Shown here piece after piece: positions 52,114 to 61,933 of a stretch of DNA of 64,000 nucleotides. How positions within the stretch are numbered: position 1 is the first letter of the stretch; every line of letters begins with the position of its first letter. The notes beneath the pieces are model-generated. The model worked only from the letters and a program-made list of their open reading frames with translations. It was not told the origin of the DNA and did no database searches. The DNA is from Arenicellales bacterium (GTDB lineage Bacteria > Pseudomonadota > Gammaproteobacteria > Arenicellales > JAJDZL01), in contig CBDCPT010000003.1 of NCBI GenBank assembly GCA_965220395.1, positions 136,747 to 200,746 on the forward strand, written 5' to 3'. A program made the translations under genes and the position numbers.

Positions 52114-53407
52114 GCAAATCAAACCGCGGGAACGCGATGCGATTATTCAATCACTGTACGCTGGCGTAGTGCCCAAGTTGGGATTGCAGCATATTCAAGT
52201 GGGTCGAGCACGCGAGATTGAGGAACTGGTAAAAGATATTGACCGAATCCGCGACGGCGGTGCGGCGATTCGATTCGTGATTGGCGAGTATGGATCAGGA
52301 AAGACATTCTTCCTGAACTTGATCCAACTCGTCGCATTGGAAAAAGGAATGGTGGTCATGTCTGCCGACTTGGCGCCCGCTCGACGAATTCATGCATCGG
52401 GAGGACAGGCTCGATCTCTGTACGCAGAAATGGCGCGTAATGTGTCGACTCGAACAAAACCTGATGGTGGCGCCATGGCTTCAATCGTGGAACGCTTCAT
52501 CAGCCAGGCAGTACGCGAAGCACAGAAGAGCAACCGCGAACCGGCTGAGGTGATCCATGACAAACTGGCCCGTCTGGAGGAGTTGACAGGCGGATTCAGC
52601 TTTGCTACTGTGGTAACGCAGTACCTGGATGGCTTCAATTCTGGGAATGATCAACTCAAATCATCTGCATTGCGCTGGCTGAGAGCGGAATTCTCTACTA
52701 AAACCGAGGCTCGTTACGCACTTGGCGTGCGTACGATTGTTGACGACGCAAGCGTGTACGACCATCTCAAGATATTTGCGGAATTTGTGTGTGAGGCCGG
52801 ATATCAGGGACTCGTCGTGTCACTGGATGAACTAGTAAACATTTACAAGTTGATGTCATCGCGCGCTCGCGATGCAAACTTCGAGCAGATCTTACGCATA
52901 TTGAATGATGTGTTGCAAGGCAGTGCGAGTCACATGGGATTCATTTTCGGTGGGACGCCGGAGTTCCTGATGGACACCCGCCGCGGTATGTACAGCTATG
53001 AGGCTCTGCAGTCCCGATTGGTTGAAAATTCTTTCGTACGAGACAAGTTTGTCGATTTTGCGGGTCCTGTGATTCGGCTTTCCAACCTTGCACCCGAGGA
53101 TGTGTACGTTCTTTTAATGAATATCCGTCGAGTGATGCAGTTTGAAACTGATGAGTTTCCAGACGAAGCACTCAAAGGCTTCATGCAACACTGCGCAGAT
53201 CGAATTGGTGAGGCATATTTTCGGACGCCTCGCAATACCGTAACTCAGTTCGTACACCTACTATCCATTCTGAAACAGAATCCGACGGCCGTCTGGAGTG
53301 ACTTGATTCGTAGAGTTGATATTAGCAAGGACGAAGGGGATGATATGAGCGATATTTCCGACGGCGAAGACGATGAACTTCAGTCCTTCAAACTCAAAGC
53401 TGTTTGA
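52103..53407 (+). CDS. DUF2791 / BrxD-like ATP-binding protein
   Basis: AGVVP..GL..IQVGR..E, GEYGSGKTF, LDELVN, YSYEALQSRL. Confidence 0.88.
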   Translation: MVHKQIKPRERDAIIQSLYAGVVPKLGLQHIQVGRAREIEELVKDIDRIRDGGAAIRFVIGEYGSGKTFFLNLIQLVALEKGMVVMSADLAPARRIHASGGQARSLYAEMARNVSTRTKPDGGAMASIVERFISQAVREAQKSNREPAEVIHDKLARLEELTGGFSFATVVTQYLDGFNSGNDQLKSSALRWLRAEFSTKTEARYALGVRTIVDDASVYDHLKIFAEFVCEAGYQGLVVSLDELVNIYKLMSSRARDANFEQILRILNDVLQGSASHMGFIFGGTPEFLMDTRRGMYSYEALQSRLVENSFVRDKFVDFAGPVIRLSNLAPEDVYVLLMNIRRVMQFETDEFPDEALKGFMQHCADRIGEAYFRTPRNTVTQFVHLLSILKQNPTAVWSDLIRRVDISKDEGDDMSDISDGEDDELQSFKLKAV

Positions 53408-53465
53408 AGGACCTGAAATTACATCCAAGCTAGTTCATCGGTGATCATGGCCCAAATGGGAATTG
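53373..53465 (+). pseudogene. N-terminal stub of a second Lhr-like helicase
   Basis: MNFSPSNSK..SKLVHR*SWPKW resembles MINPLPSNSR..AKPVQRWIWQKGW. Confidence 0.5.
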
Positions 53466-54077
53466 CCGTTGAAGAATTCATTAGCAAACAGGAACACTGC
53501 AATGAATTTCAGAACGTCAGAACGATTTGGATACGACGATATTGTTGCATCCTGATGCCCTTTTTTGACAACATAATCGTGATCGTTCAAAGTCGTTGGA
53601 TGGACAATTTGCATTGCTCCGCTCCGGTGAACTTGCAGGTTGTTACCCGTTTTGTTCAGTTGTGTAAGGGGAATCGCACCGTGTTTACACAGGGTGCGAT
53701 TCTTTTTATGAAAGTCTGTCTTGGGCCATGTTCGAGGTCGCGAAAATGAGCATGCTGCTGTTTCGATTTATTTCGACAAATTCTCGTTTCGACGCGAATT
53801 ATTGCAGGAAATTCACGGGGTTCTTCACTGGTTTAATTTGGGATACTACAATCCCGCTGAACACTCAGCAGTCACAAACTGGCTGCGTTTGAATGCATGG
53901 TTCGCAGAGGCTCTGCAGAACCTATAATCAAATTTATAATGAGTAAAATCTTGTCTGAATGTCCGGGTGTTCCGTGCAGATTCGCCTTGTTGCCACAAGC
54001 GGGAATCGAGATATGTCGTAGAGGGATGCGACCAGAAGACAAATTTGATTTATTGTTGACTTCTTTATTGGCACCCC

Positions 54078-54656
54078 ATGAGTGAACGAGTAATAGGCGT
54101 ACGCATCGAACTTCGGGATATTGAGCCGAAGATCTGGCGGCGAATTGAAATTCCTGTCAACGTTTCGCTGACCACGCTGCACGATATCATCCAGACCGCA
54201 TTTGATTGGGATGGTATCCACTTATCGGGATTCCAGATCAAAAGCGAGTTCCATACCGTACCTCACTTCTATGATTATCCAGAGGATGATGATCATTGTA
54301 CTGACGATATCTGTTTGGAAGATGTTGTTGGCTCCGGAATAAAGCGGTTTAGCTACATCTATGATTTTGGTGACAATTGGGAGCACATAATCATTCTTGG
54401 AAAAGTACGCGTTACCGATTATGCCGTTGACTATCCCAAGCTTCTCGGTGGCGCCCGTTGTGCCCCAATTGAAGATACCGGAGGCATTTTCACGTACTGC
54501 GAGTTTCTTAAAGCACAGAGTGATTCAGATTGTGAACTAAATGACGACTATGATGAAGATGATCCGGTGTCGTGGTTGAAGGCAATGGAGTTCGACCCGG
54601 AAAAATTCGACGAAGCCGGTCTAATCAATAAACTTAAGAAAATTGGTATGCCGTAA
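54078..54656 (+). CDS. Plasmid pRiA4b ORF-3 family protein
   Basis: PKIWRRI..LHDIIQ.AF.W...HL, YIYDFGDNWEH, PIEDTGG. Confidence 0.88.
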   Translation: MSERVIGVRIELRDIEPKIWRRIEIPVNVSLTTLHDIIQTAFDWDGIHLSGFQIKSEFHTVPHFYDYPEDDDHCTDDICLEDVVGSGIKRFSYIYDFGDNWEHIIILGKVRVTDYAVDYPKLLGGARCAPIEDTGGIFTYCEFLKAQSDSDCELNDDYDEDDPVSWLKAMEFDPEKFDEAGLINKLKKIGMP

Positions 54657-55399
54657 GCATACTTTGACCTGTAGTTAAAGCTAGAGAGTTCCAGCAATAC
54701 TGCCGACTAATTACTTTCGTGTCAGCATGGTTTTGTGGGGTATCCATGCGAGTGGAGTAAATTGAATTGCTGCTACAAAGGAGTTGTTTCGCTGAAATTA
54801 CATGCTGTATTCATTGGTACTAATCCAACCTCAATTCTGTCGAGATCGGTCTTATTGTCAAAGCAGATTTGGCAAGCGGTTCCGGTGCGGACTTCAGGCC
54901 AACTTGAAACCCGACCAGATCAAAACGGCGTTCCTCGTACCTTTCGTAAAGCCAAGGCAAACTCAATACAATCGACATTAAAATATTCGTTTTTAGATGT
55001 GATTAGAAGTGTTTTACACTCGATTTCACCAACCGATTCAACGCATAGCCAGATGCACCGATTCTGATCTGCTCATACCTGCGAGTTGAAGGAAAAAAAC
55101 AGGTGCAAAGAATACCCCAAAGCCGCTAAAAATTCAGAATATCTGACATTGCAACAATTCAGATTGATATCTCAAACACCAGACACAGATCCGTTCCAGG
55201 GTCGTTCAGACCCTCTCTGGTGGCGACCTCGCAAAGCACATGAAAAATTCGGTTGCAGCGCGGCTTCACCATGGACTGGAAGCGTGCGGCGAGCTGTTTG
55301 CGCGATGGGCAGGGGATCAGATCGGTCGGCATCTGGACACCGCTTTGAGAAATATGCGCCCGTGTCTGGTGCAGTCAAAGACAACTGCTCCAGCAGTTC

Positions 55400-55720
55400 T
55401 TTTTCAACCCGCGATGCGCATCACTCGCAATTTGAACGTCACGCCATCCATTGACGAGCAGCCCAGTCCGACGGAGAGATAGCGTTGGGCGGGGCAAGGA
55501 TTTGTCACACAAATCAGGATGTTCAATAGCTTCAAGGAGTAGTTTCACAACATCTACGACTTGCTCGTCGACTGCTATGCCATGTTCGAAGAACACTCCC
55601 AACAGCCGGTTCACAAGGGCGATCCGAGTGTTGCTTTGGGTGTCATTCTCCCCTGGAATTTCTTGCAAAGCACGTCGAAGGAGTACATAAACGTAACGAG
55701 CCAGGATTTCAGAGCGGTCG
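55400..55720 (-). pseudogene. Probable N-terminal remnant of a PLD/helicase (DUF3427-type) protein
   Basis: IALVNRLL..LPRPTLSL..TGLLVNG..D.QI pattern, matched from memory. Confidence 0.4.
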
Positions 55721-56250
55721 GCTACGGCACGCTCATTCGTAAATATTTAGATTTTCGAACAATTCCTCAGCGGTATCGAATTTCTCCAATTCGCCAGTTT
55801 CTGCTTCTTGCATTGCTCCAAGAGGTTCCGCATTGAGAGTTAACGGAACGAGTGGTAGCTGCTTTTCTTTCGCAGTTCAGACGAGCAGAATTCGAACTGC
55901 GTCAGACATTGTGACGCCCATGCCGCAAGTACGGTCGTTGCTTGTTGTTTTATGACTTCGTCAATGGTGGCGCGAACTACAGAGTTCTTGGCCATCATCA
56001 ATTCCTCAATCGTGGATTTGAACCTAACTATTCCCGTACTATATTTATGTTTGGCACTGGTTTGTCATATGTGTGTATTCCAATATCGAACGATTGTTCA
56101 TTACATTTCGTTGTAGTTGGGTACGATGGGCGAGGTGGTCAAATTCCGTTTATCCATAAAAGGTAAATTACTACATTGGAAAGCATCTCCCAATCTGATT
56201 AATAGTTTTGTCTTGATGGGGAGGAGTTTTCTCGGCTAAGTTGAAGTGAA

Positions 56251-56302
56251 TTTGAATGGGCAGTTCAGTAAGGGTTTGAATTCTGTCCGTCCGTGCCCGC
56301 CA
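56251..56302 (+). repeat. tRNA-3'-derived att-like repeat R6
   Basis: tttgaatgggcagttcagta-agggtttga-attct-gtccgtccgtgcccgcca; similarity to R1 extends about 30 bp further upstream. Confidence 0.8.
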
Positions 56303-56409
56303 AGTCTGTAGTCGAAATACAGGCGCGGTAGCGAGCAGTATTCAAAGTCAGATCTACAACAGACTATTTCCAATTCCAGCCTATCAGCGACGGTGCAGAA
56401 GAATCGAGT

Positions 56410-58517
56410 CAGGTGTTTCCCATGCTTTTTTTGATGTCAGAATATCCTGACAGGCGGTAACTGAAGTAATTCGCTCGACCACGGCTGTTGCGCTCATTAT
56501 GGTACAGTTTCGGTAATTGATGCACAATATTGCGTTTGTACGGAGCGAATTGTGCAGTCTCGACAATGGCAACCAAACGCAAGCGGACTGCGGCGCTTGT
56601 ATATTTCGGCTCAATCCGGGATTTGAAGCACCGCTTCAGGTCGGTGAGAATAGTGCGGCGAAGGCCTCTTTACGATTCAGGTTGAAATGGCGCAGTGCCT
56701 GCGGCACTGACTCGAAGCGGCTTTGGTTGAAAATCAGCGCCAGCGCAATGTTGTTGCACATCGCACGATTGCTCGGGCCATGGCCAGTACGGGTCAGACA
56801 GGCGTCTTCCTGGAATGTACGGTCCCGAATATGATGGTTGCTGTTTTCCACGGTCCAATGTCCGCGGTCCCACCTCAGCAGTTGCTCGGCATCGGCCCGT
56901 TCAGCGGCAACCGAAGTGATGCCATATATCGTCTCTGTGCTTGCACTGTTCGCTTCTTTGACTACCTCGCGGTCGCGCTCGATGCGAAACGCTTGGCGCA
57001 CCTGCTTGAAATCGAACTTGTGCGGGTCGTCCACTTGCAGTACTTCAATACGACGTTGCTCAATGCGACCGTGCGCCAGGGTCACCTTCTCCGAGTAACG
57101 CCGCACTTTGTGACTGTACCACTTCAGCGACTTCGCCTTCGCTAACTGCAAAGAGGTATTGTCCTTGAGCGTCAGCATATAGTCAGCCTTCCCGTCCAAG
57201 ATCAAATCGACGGTTTCAAAAGTGGTGTGCAACGCATCCAGTGTGATCACTCGACCCGCAACGTCAACCTCGCTCAGCAACTGCCGAGTCACATCCAACT
57301 CCTCGCCCTTGTTGTGGAAACTGCGGCTTGCTTTCGGTATCCCACTGCCATGCTCCACAAGTGTCACTGTCTCGTAGTGACTGTCGCCATTGCGATTGGC
57401 ACCGCGAATCCGCTTGCCGTCACTCGCAAGTGCCGGTAACTGTCTGATTCGATTGTGCGTGTATCGCGCCAAGACCTGCTCCAGCTGATCCGGATCGGTG
57501 TGCTGTATCACCCGGTGCAGCGTCGATTTGGAAACCGGCTCATACCGGCCTGTTTTCGGATTGCACCAGCCACCGATCGCGTGCAGCTCATTCTCAGAAA
57601 GAGACGCTGCAAACTGTGCCGCCGCCAACGATCCGTGAAATCCAGACAATTGCGCCAAAATCAAAGTCGAAAACGCACACGCCAGTGTGTGCTTGCGACC
57701 CTGGCCACGACGAAAATCCCGCATCTGTGACAAATCATCATGCAAACTGCGCAACTCCGGCAGCGAATGACCGCTGGCCTTGCCCTTTTTCTGCCAGCGC
57801 GACTCCAACTCGCCTTCCTGACACAGGACCCGCCTAGCATCACGACGCAAGGGCCTGACCAATAACCGCTTGATTGCATCATGCGCTTCGGTATACTTCC
57901 CACCCTTGCGGGAATAGCCCGCACTGTTTCCCACCGTCTCCCATCCGGCTGCATCGTACATGTTTCCGCGATGACGAGCCGGGTCTACAAACGTCTCCGC
58001 CAACAACAAACCGTGACCATAGTATGCCTCCCAGTCATCACTTAAGCGCCGGCAAATCAACTTCAGCACGTGCGAACCAAGATTCGGATAACAACCGGCA
58101 TCGTCAAGCATCGCGAAACGGGTGTTGTTCGCGATCAAATGCAATCGGTGCCACTGCTGCTCAGGCTGCCAGCCAATCCAATGCTCGCGCGCAGCCGATT
58201 TAAAGGAACCGGTCTGCCACCCGCAAAGACACACCCACTGCCCCTTATACTCAACGATGTAACGCAGACTGCGACCTGCAAATCGCTTGAATCCAAGATC
58301 ATGATGCGTACGCATCAGCCGATCCCACTTCGCAAATTCGCTCGTGCGCGCAAGACGTACCGTCACCTCGCCAGTGCGAATCGACTTGCTGGTTCTGCGG
58401 TCATGACTGTTCATAACCGCATATATACTATATCGGTATGGAAAAAGCCAGTCCTGCCTGCAAATTTATACAACCGTTGTGGTTTTACTGTGATTTAGTT
58501 AGCGTGGGAACACCCTG
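56410..58517 (-). mobile_element. ISAs1-family insertion sequence, 2108 bp
   Basis: TIR caggtgtttcccatgc / cagggtgttcccacgc; 9-bp target duplication GAATCGAGT (56401-56409 / 58518-58526). Confidence 0.9.
56636..58414 (-). CDS. ISAs1 transposase with N-terminal DUF4338 (DruA-like) domain
   Basis: N-terminus RE.WIGW..IANNTRF..ETFVD; C-terminus DFRR.QG, DGK..RG, TLDALHT, HGRIE.R, RGHW.VEN..H..RD..F.ED. Confidence 0.88.
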   Translation of the reverse strand: MNSHDRRTSKSIRTGEVTVRLARTSEFAKWDRLMRTHHDLGFKRFAGRSLRYIVEYKGQWVCLCGWQTGSFKSAAREHWIGWQPEQQWHRLHLIANNTRFAMLDDAGCYPNLGSHVLKLICRRLSDDWEAYYGHGLLLAETFVDPARHRGNMYDAAGWETVGNSAGYSRKGGKYTEAHDAIKRLLVRPLRRDARRVLCQEGELESRWQKKGKASGHSLPELRSLHDDLSQMRDFRRGQGRKHTLACAFSTLILAQLSGFHGSLAAAQFAASLSENELHAIGGWCNPKTGRYEPVSKSTLHRVIQHTDPDQLEQVLARYTHNRIRQLPALASDGKRIRGANRNGDSHYETVTLVEHGSGIPKASRSFHNKGEELDVTRQLLSEVDVAGRVITLDALHTTFETVDLILDGKADYMLTLKDNTSLQLAKAKSLKWYSHKVRRYSEKVTLAHGRIEQRRIEVLQVDDPHKFDFKQVRQAFRIERDREVVKEANSASTETIYGITSVAAERADAEQLLRWDRGHWTVENSNHHIRDRTFQEDACLTRTGHGPSNRAMCNNIALALIFNQSRFESVPQALRHFNLNRKEAFAALFSPT

Positions 58518-58559
58518 GAATCGAGTGATTACTGGATTCTTGTGGTGTATGGTATGTGT

Positions 58560-58760
58560 ATGTCACGCACCAGTATTGACATTGATGATGAATCTTGTGC
58601 CGCAATCATGCGTCGCTACGGGTTGACCTCCAAGCGTGAGGTGGTTAACCTTGTGTTTCATATGCTCGCGAGCGAGCCCCTGAGCCCAGAACAGGCTCGA
58701 CGTCTTCGCGGGTCAGGCTGGACTGGCAATCTGGAAGAAATGCGTAGTAGCCGCACTTGA
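58560..58760 (+). CDS. VapB-family antitoxin (orphan)
   Basis: MSRTSIDIDD....MRRYGLTSKREVVN..LRGSGW.G.L. Confidence 0.75.
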   Translation: MSRTSIDIDDESCAAIMRRYGLTSKREVVNLVFHMLASEPLSPEQARRLRGSGWTGNLEEMRSSRT

Positions 58761-58769
58761 CCCGTTCAT

Positions 58770-59091
58770 CGGGTTCGGTGTTGGTACCGCCCGTATCCAC
58801 ATTGGCGAGACCCGCATGACATTTCCAAAAACGACGACCGTTGTGCCCGGTGCGAGCGGGGCCGAATTTGCCTGGATGCTGACGATGGGGGTTGCAATGC
58901 CGCTGAAAGAGGGTAAGACACTTGATTTCGCTTGGCGCTACAGCGATCTCGGAGAAGTTCACACCGGTCAGGGCGAGGGTCGGGTAATCTGGCGTGATGG
59001 AAGCCGAGAACCGCTACAGCTCAACCTCGCTCAGACGCGGGCGAGGCTGAGAACTCATGGCATCAGGCTCTCTGTGCGCTACGCGTTCTAA
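58770..59091 (+). pseudogene. Outer-membrane beta-barrel (opacity-type) C-terminal remnant
   Basis: LDFAWRYSDLG...HGIRLSVRYAF with terminal Phe. Confidence 0.7.
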
Positions 59092-59784
59092 AGAGAAGGG
59101 AAAAGGTATTTTGCGGACCGGAAAATCCGTCCCAAGAACTGCTGTGCGAATCGTTGGTGTTCTGCTACAGAAACATTGGTGGTCCTGATTCCGTGCAGCG
59201 ATCCGGCCAAATATCCGGGTGCAGATTGCATGAGTAAGCAACGGTAGGAAATCAAACGTTCCCCTATCTGGCACCGCAAAGTTGATGTTTTCTTACAGGT
59301 TTCAAAGGAAACAAAATTCACTACGTAATTTTAGTACCGAATTCCAGTTCACGCTGTCACTGTACAAAATTCATGGATTAAATGAACATCATATCTAGGT
59401 TTGAAGGGACAGTGATTGTTTAGCCTTGAGTCTTGCCGAGATGTATTCGGATTGTGGACTAGTGTCATGTCAACTATGTAATGTTGTATCAATTCCAATC
59501 GCTTCTGGTTGTTGCCAGATTGAACAACGAGGATGTACAAATGAACAAACGTTACGTGGCAGCACGACAGAAATCGGAACGCAATCAGCATGGAGAGATT
59601 ATGGGGAACGGTTCGCATTCATCACAGAAAGCGCTCGATGCGTCGATTTAGCTGAACAGCGACGCAGGTGAAATCAATGAACGGGCAAGGATTGGTGAAA
59701 CCATAGCCGGTGTGCTACAGATTCGCCGCGCAAGGTGGGTCGGGTGAAATAGCGCTCGGCGGTCAGCAGGGCTAGCAGTGTTTT

Positions 59785-59965
59785 TACGAGCGCAAGGCGG
59801 ACGGTGAAATTGAAGCCCTCATGGTTGCGCTCAGCGGCAGTGCGCATTCACAATGGGCGTTGTGACTATTGGTGCAGCGTGCGGTTGAGTTCGACTATAT
59901 CAACAAGATTTCTTGCGAGACGGTGCGGGCGGGACTGAAAATAACGAAAGCCAGCCTTGGCAGTG
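59785..59965 (+). pseudogene. IS630-family transposase internal remnant
   Basis: RKADGEIEALMVAL..W.L.LL...VE....ISCETVR..LK. Confidence 0.6.
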
Positions 59966-60435
59966 CATTGAGAGGGTGATGCCTGCACCCGGCAGTTAAA
60001 TCCTCACAACACCCTCAAAAGGCGAAGCCCTCCGAATCAATCACTGCGATCAGTTTCCAAATTCATATCGGGAATTATTTTGTCTCTAGCTAATCGACTT
60101 CAGGAACTGTTTGAAGTCTATTGGACATTGTTGGACCCGGGCAGCGGTATGAAAGTACGGGCACAAAAAAACTCATCACGAGCAATTTCCATTATTCGCT
60201 TGACTTTTCATACAGGTTACTATTTTTGGAAAGCATGGAGTGCTTATTCTGATGAATCGTATATCATTGTACAAATTGGTATTTCACATACGATTCGCTT
60301 GAATTGCGACAGTGCTCACTATAGCAATATATGCGAATATCGCCCATACTTTCTCTTTTGGATGGTGGTTCAATGGCAGCCAGAGTATTGAATGAATCGT
60401 GAGCGACATAGTTAAACTGAGAATTCCCATAATTT

Positions 60436-61602
60436 CTAATCATCAATATCTTCATTCAGAATTGAGATGTACTGAGCATATGAATAAATGCGGTTTCGCT
60501 TTCTATTCGTAATTTCACGAGCAATTCCAGCCTGTTCAAGCGCAGACATGCCATTCGTAACTGCAGGAATCGAAAGATCGGTTTCAGTAGCGATATTTCT
60601 AAGAGTTGAAATTGGACGCAATTGAAGCGCTTGTTGAACAAGCAAAGCTGAGGCCTTGAAACGCGCGAAATTTCGAATTCGTAACGAGTCGTCACGAAAA
60701 AGCACATTAAGTCGACTAGCGACTGAAATTGCGTTCTTTGACGTTTCAGTGATGCCCTCAAGAAAGAATCTTAGCCAAGCCTCCCAGTCGCCGTGATGTC
60801 TTACGGCATCCAGTAACGAATAATAATCACTTCGATTTTTTTTAAAATGTAGACTGAGGTACAAGATTGGCTCACTCAGTAACCCTTCGTGGCACAATTG
60901 CAAAGCGATCAATAAGCGTCCCACTCGTCCATTTCCATCAAGAAAGGGATGAATCGTCTCAAATTGAACATGGGATAGTCCGGCCCGAATGAGAGCCGAA
61001 TGTCCACGATCATCGGAATGCATATAAAGCTCCAAATCAGACATACACTTTTCGACAAAATTTGTTGGTGGTGGTACGAAACGAGCGTTTCCCGGGCGAG
61101 TTCCTCCTAGCCAGTTCTGAGATCGCCGAAATTCTCCAGGTAATTTTTTACTCCCCCGGCCAGAAGATAAGAGTTTCTTGTGAATCTCGCAGATTAGACG
61201 ATTACAGAGCGGAAAATTATCTTCTCGTATACGTCGGAATCCGTATTCAAGGGCGGACACATAGTTTGAGACTTCAACTACATCGTCTACTGGAACCCCC
61301 GGAGCTTGGGTCAACTCGAATAGCATAAGATCCGACAAGGTGGACTGCGTTCCTTCAATCTGTGATGAGAGTACCGCTTCTCTTCGGATATATGCATAGA
61401 TAAATAGCCATGGCTCAGGCAGTATCGTCGCAATGCTGTCCAGTTGCCCTAGTGCAAATATCGCGCTGTCTAACGAATGCTGTAAATACTTCATATCCAG
61501 AACATCTTTTGGCGGCAGCGGATTTGGAATAAAGGCTCTTACTTGTTCATCTCCAATGGATGTAATTTCATAAAATCCTGTTTGTTGACGTTTCATGACC
61601 AC
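60436..61602 (-). CDS. Fic family protein
   Basis: EAVLSSQIEGTQ, HPFLDGNGRVGR. Confidence 0.92.
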   Translation of the reverse strand: MVMKRQQTGFYEITSIGDEQVRAFIPNPLPPKDVLDMKYLQHSLDSAIFALGQLDSIATILPEPWLFIYAYIRREAVLSSQIEGTQSTLSDLMLFELTQAPGVPVDDVVEVSNYVSALEYGFRRIREDNFPLCNRLICEIHKKLLSSGRGSKKLPGEFRRSQNWLGGTRPGNARFVPPPTNFVEKCMSDLELYMHSDDRGHSALIRAGLSHVQFETIHPFLDGNGRVGRLLIALQLCHEGLLSEPILYLSLHFKKNRSDYYSLLDAVRHHGDWEAWLRFFLEGITETSKNAISVASRLNVLFRDDSLRIRNFARFKASALLVQQALQLRPISTLRNIATETDLSIPAVTNGMSALEQAGIAREITNRKRNRIYSYAQYISILNEDIDD

Positions 61603-61610
61603 TCTGATTG

Positions 61611-61729
61611 TTCAGCAACGTTTAATAAGGGATGTTGTTATTAAGCATTATTGGATTATACTTAATAGTAACCAGAATTTCCTCTCATTATTCAGCGACA
61701 TTTAATAAGGGATGCTGCTATTAAGTATT
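61611..61729. repeat. Two imperfect ~39-bp direct repeats upstream of fic
   Basis: ttcagcaacgtttaataagggatgttgttattaagcatt / ttcagcgacatttaataagggatgctgctattaagtatt. Confidence 0.8.
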
Positions 61730-61933
61730 TGGAGAGAATTCTTAAAAACAAAATCGAGCACTAAACCGAATACAGCGTCAAAATTTGAAAGAGGAATAAT
61801 CTGGCAAAGATTACCCAAGAAGAATTGGGTGACGCAGCCTTGGAACTAGTACTGGAAAAAATAGTCTGTTCTCACGCTGGTCTGAAACAGGATGCAAATT
61901 CCGACTGTGTAATTTAACTCGAAAGCCGGAAAT

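Noticed and set aside
47127-53407. Complete BREX system
   Set aside because: No pglZ, pglX or brxC in the window; only the BrxD-like and BrxHI-like families are shared.
53441-54085. Short ORFs after the ATPase, and the many antisense ORFs inside long genes
   Set aside because: No motifs or RBS support; treated as shadow ORFs.
55873-55901. gcagttcagac...gaactgc hairpin resembling the R1 leader
   Set aside because: No tRNA 3' end follows; may be chance or a heavily decayed site.
14841-56302. CRISPR array interpretation of the recurring repeat
   Set aside because: Spacing is kilobases, the repeats match a tRNA end, and no cas genes are present.
60072-60080. gggaattat matching the IS1595 TIR start
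   Set aside because: Only 9 bp with no partner end or target duplication.
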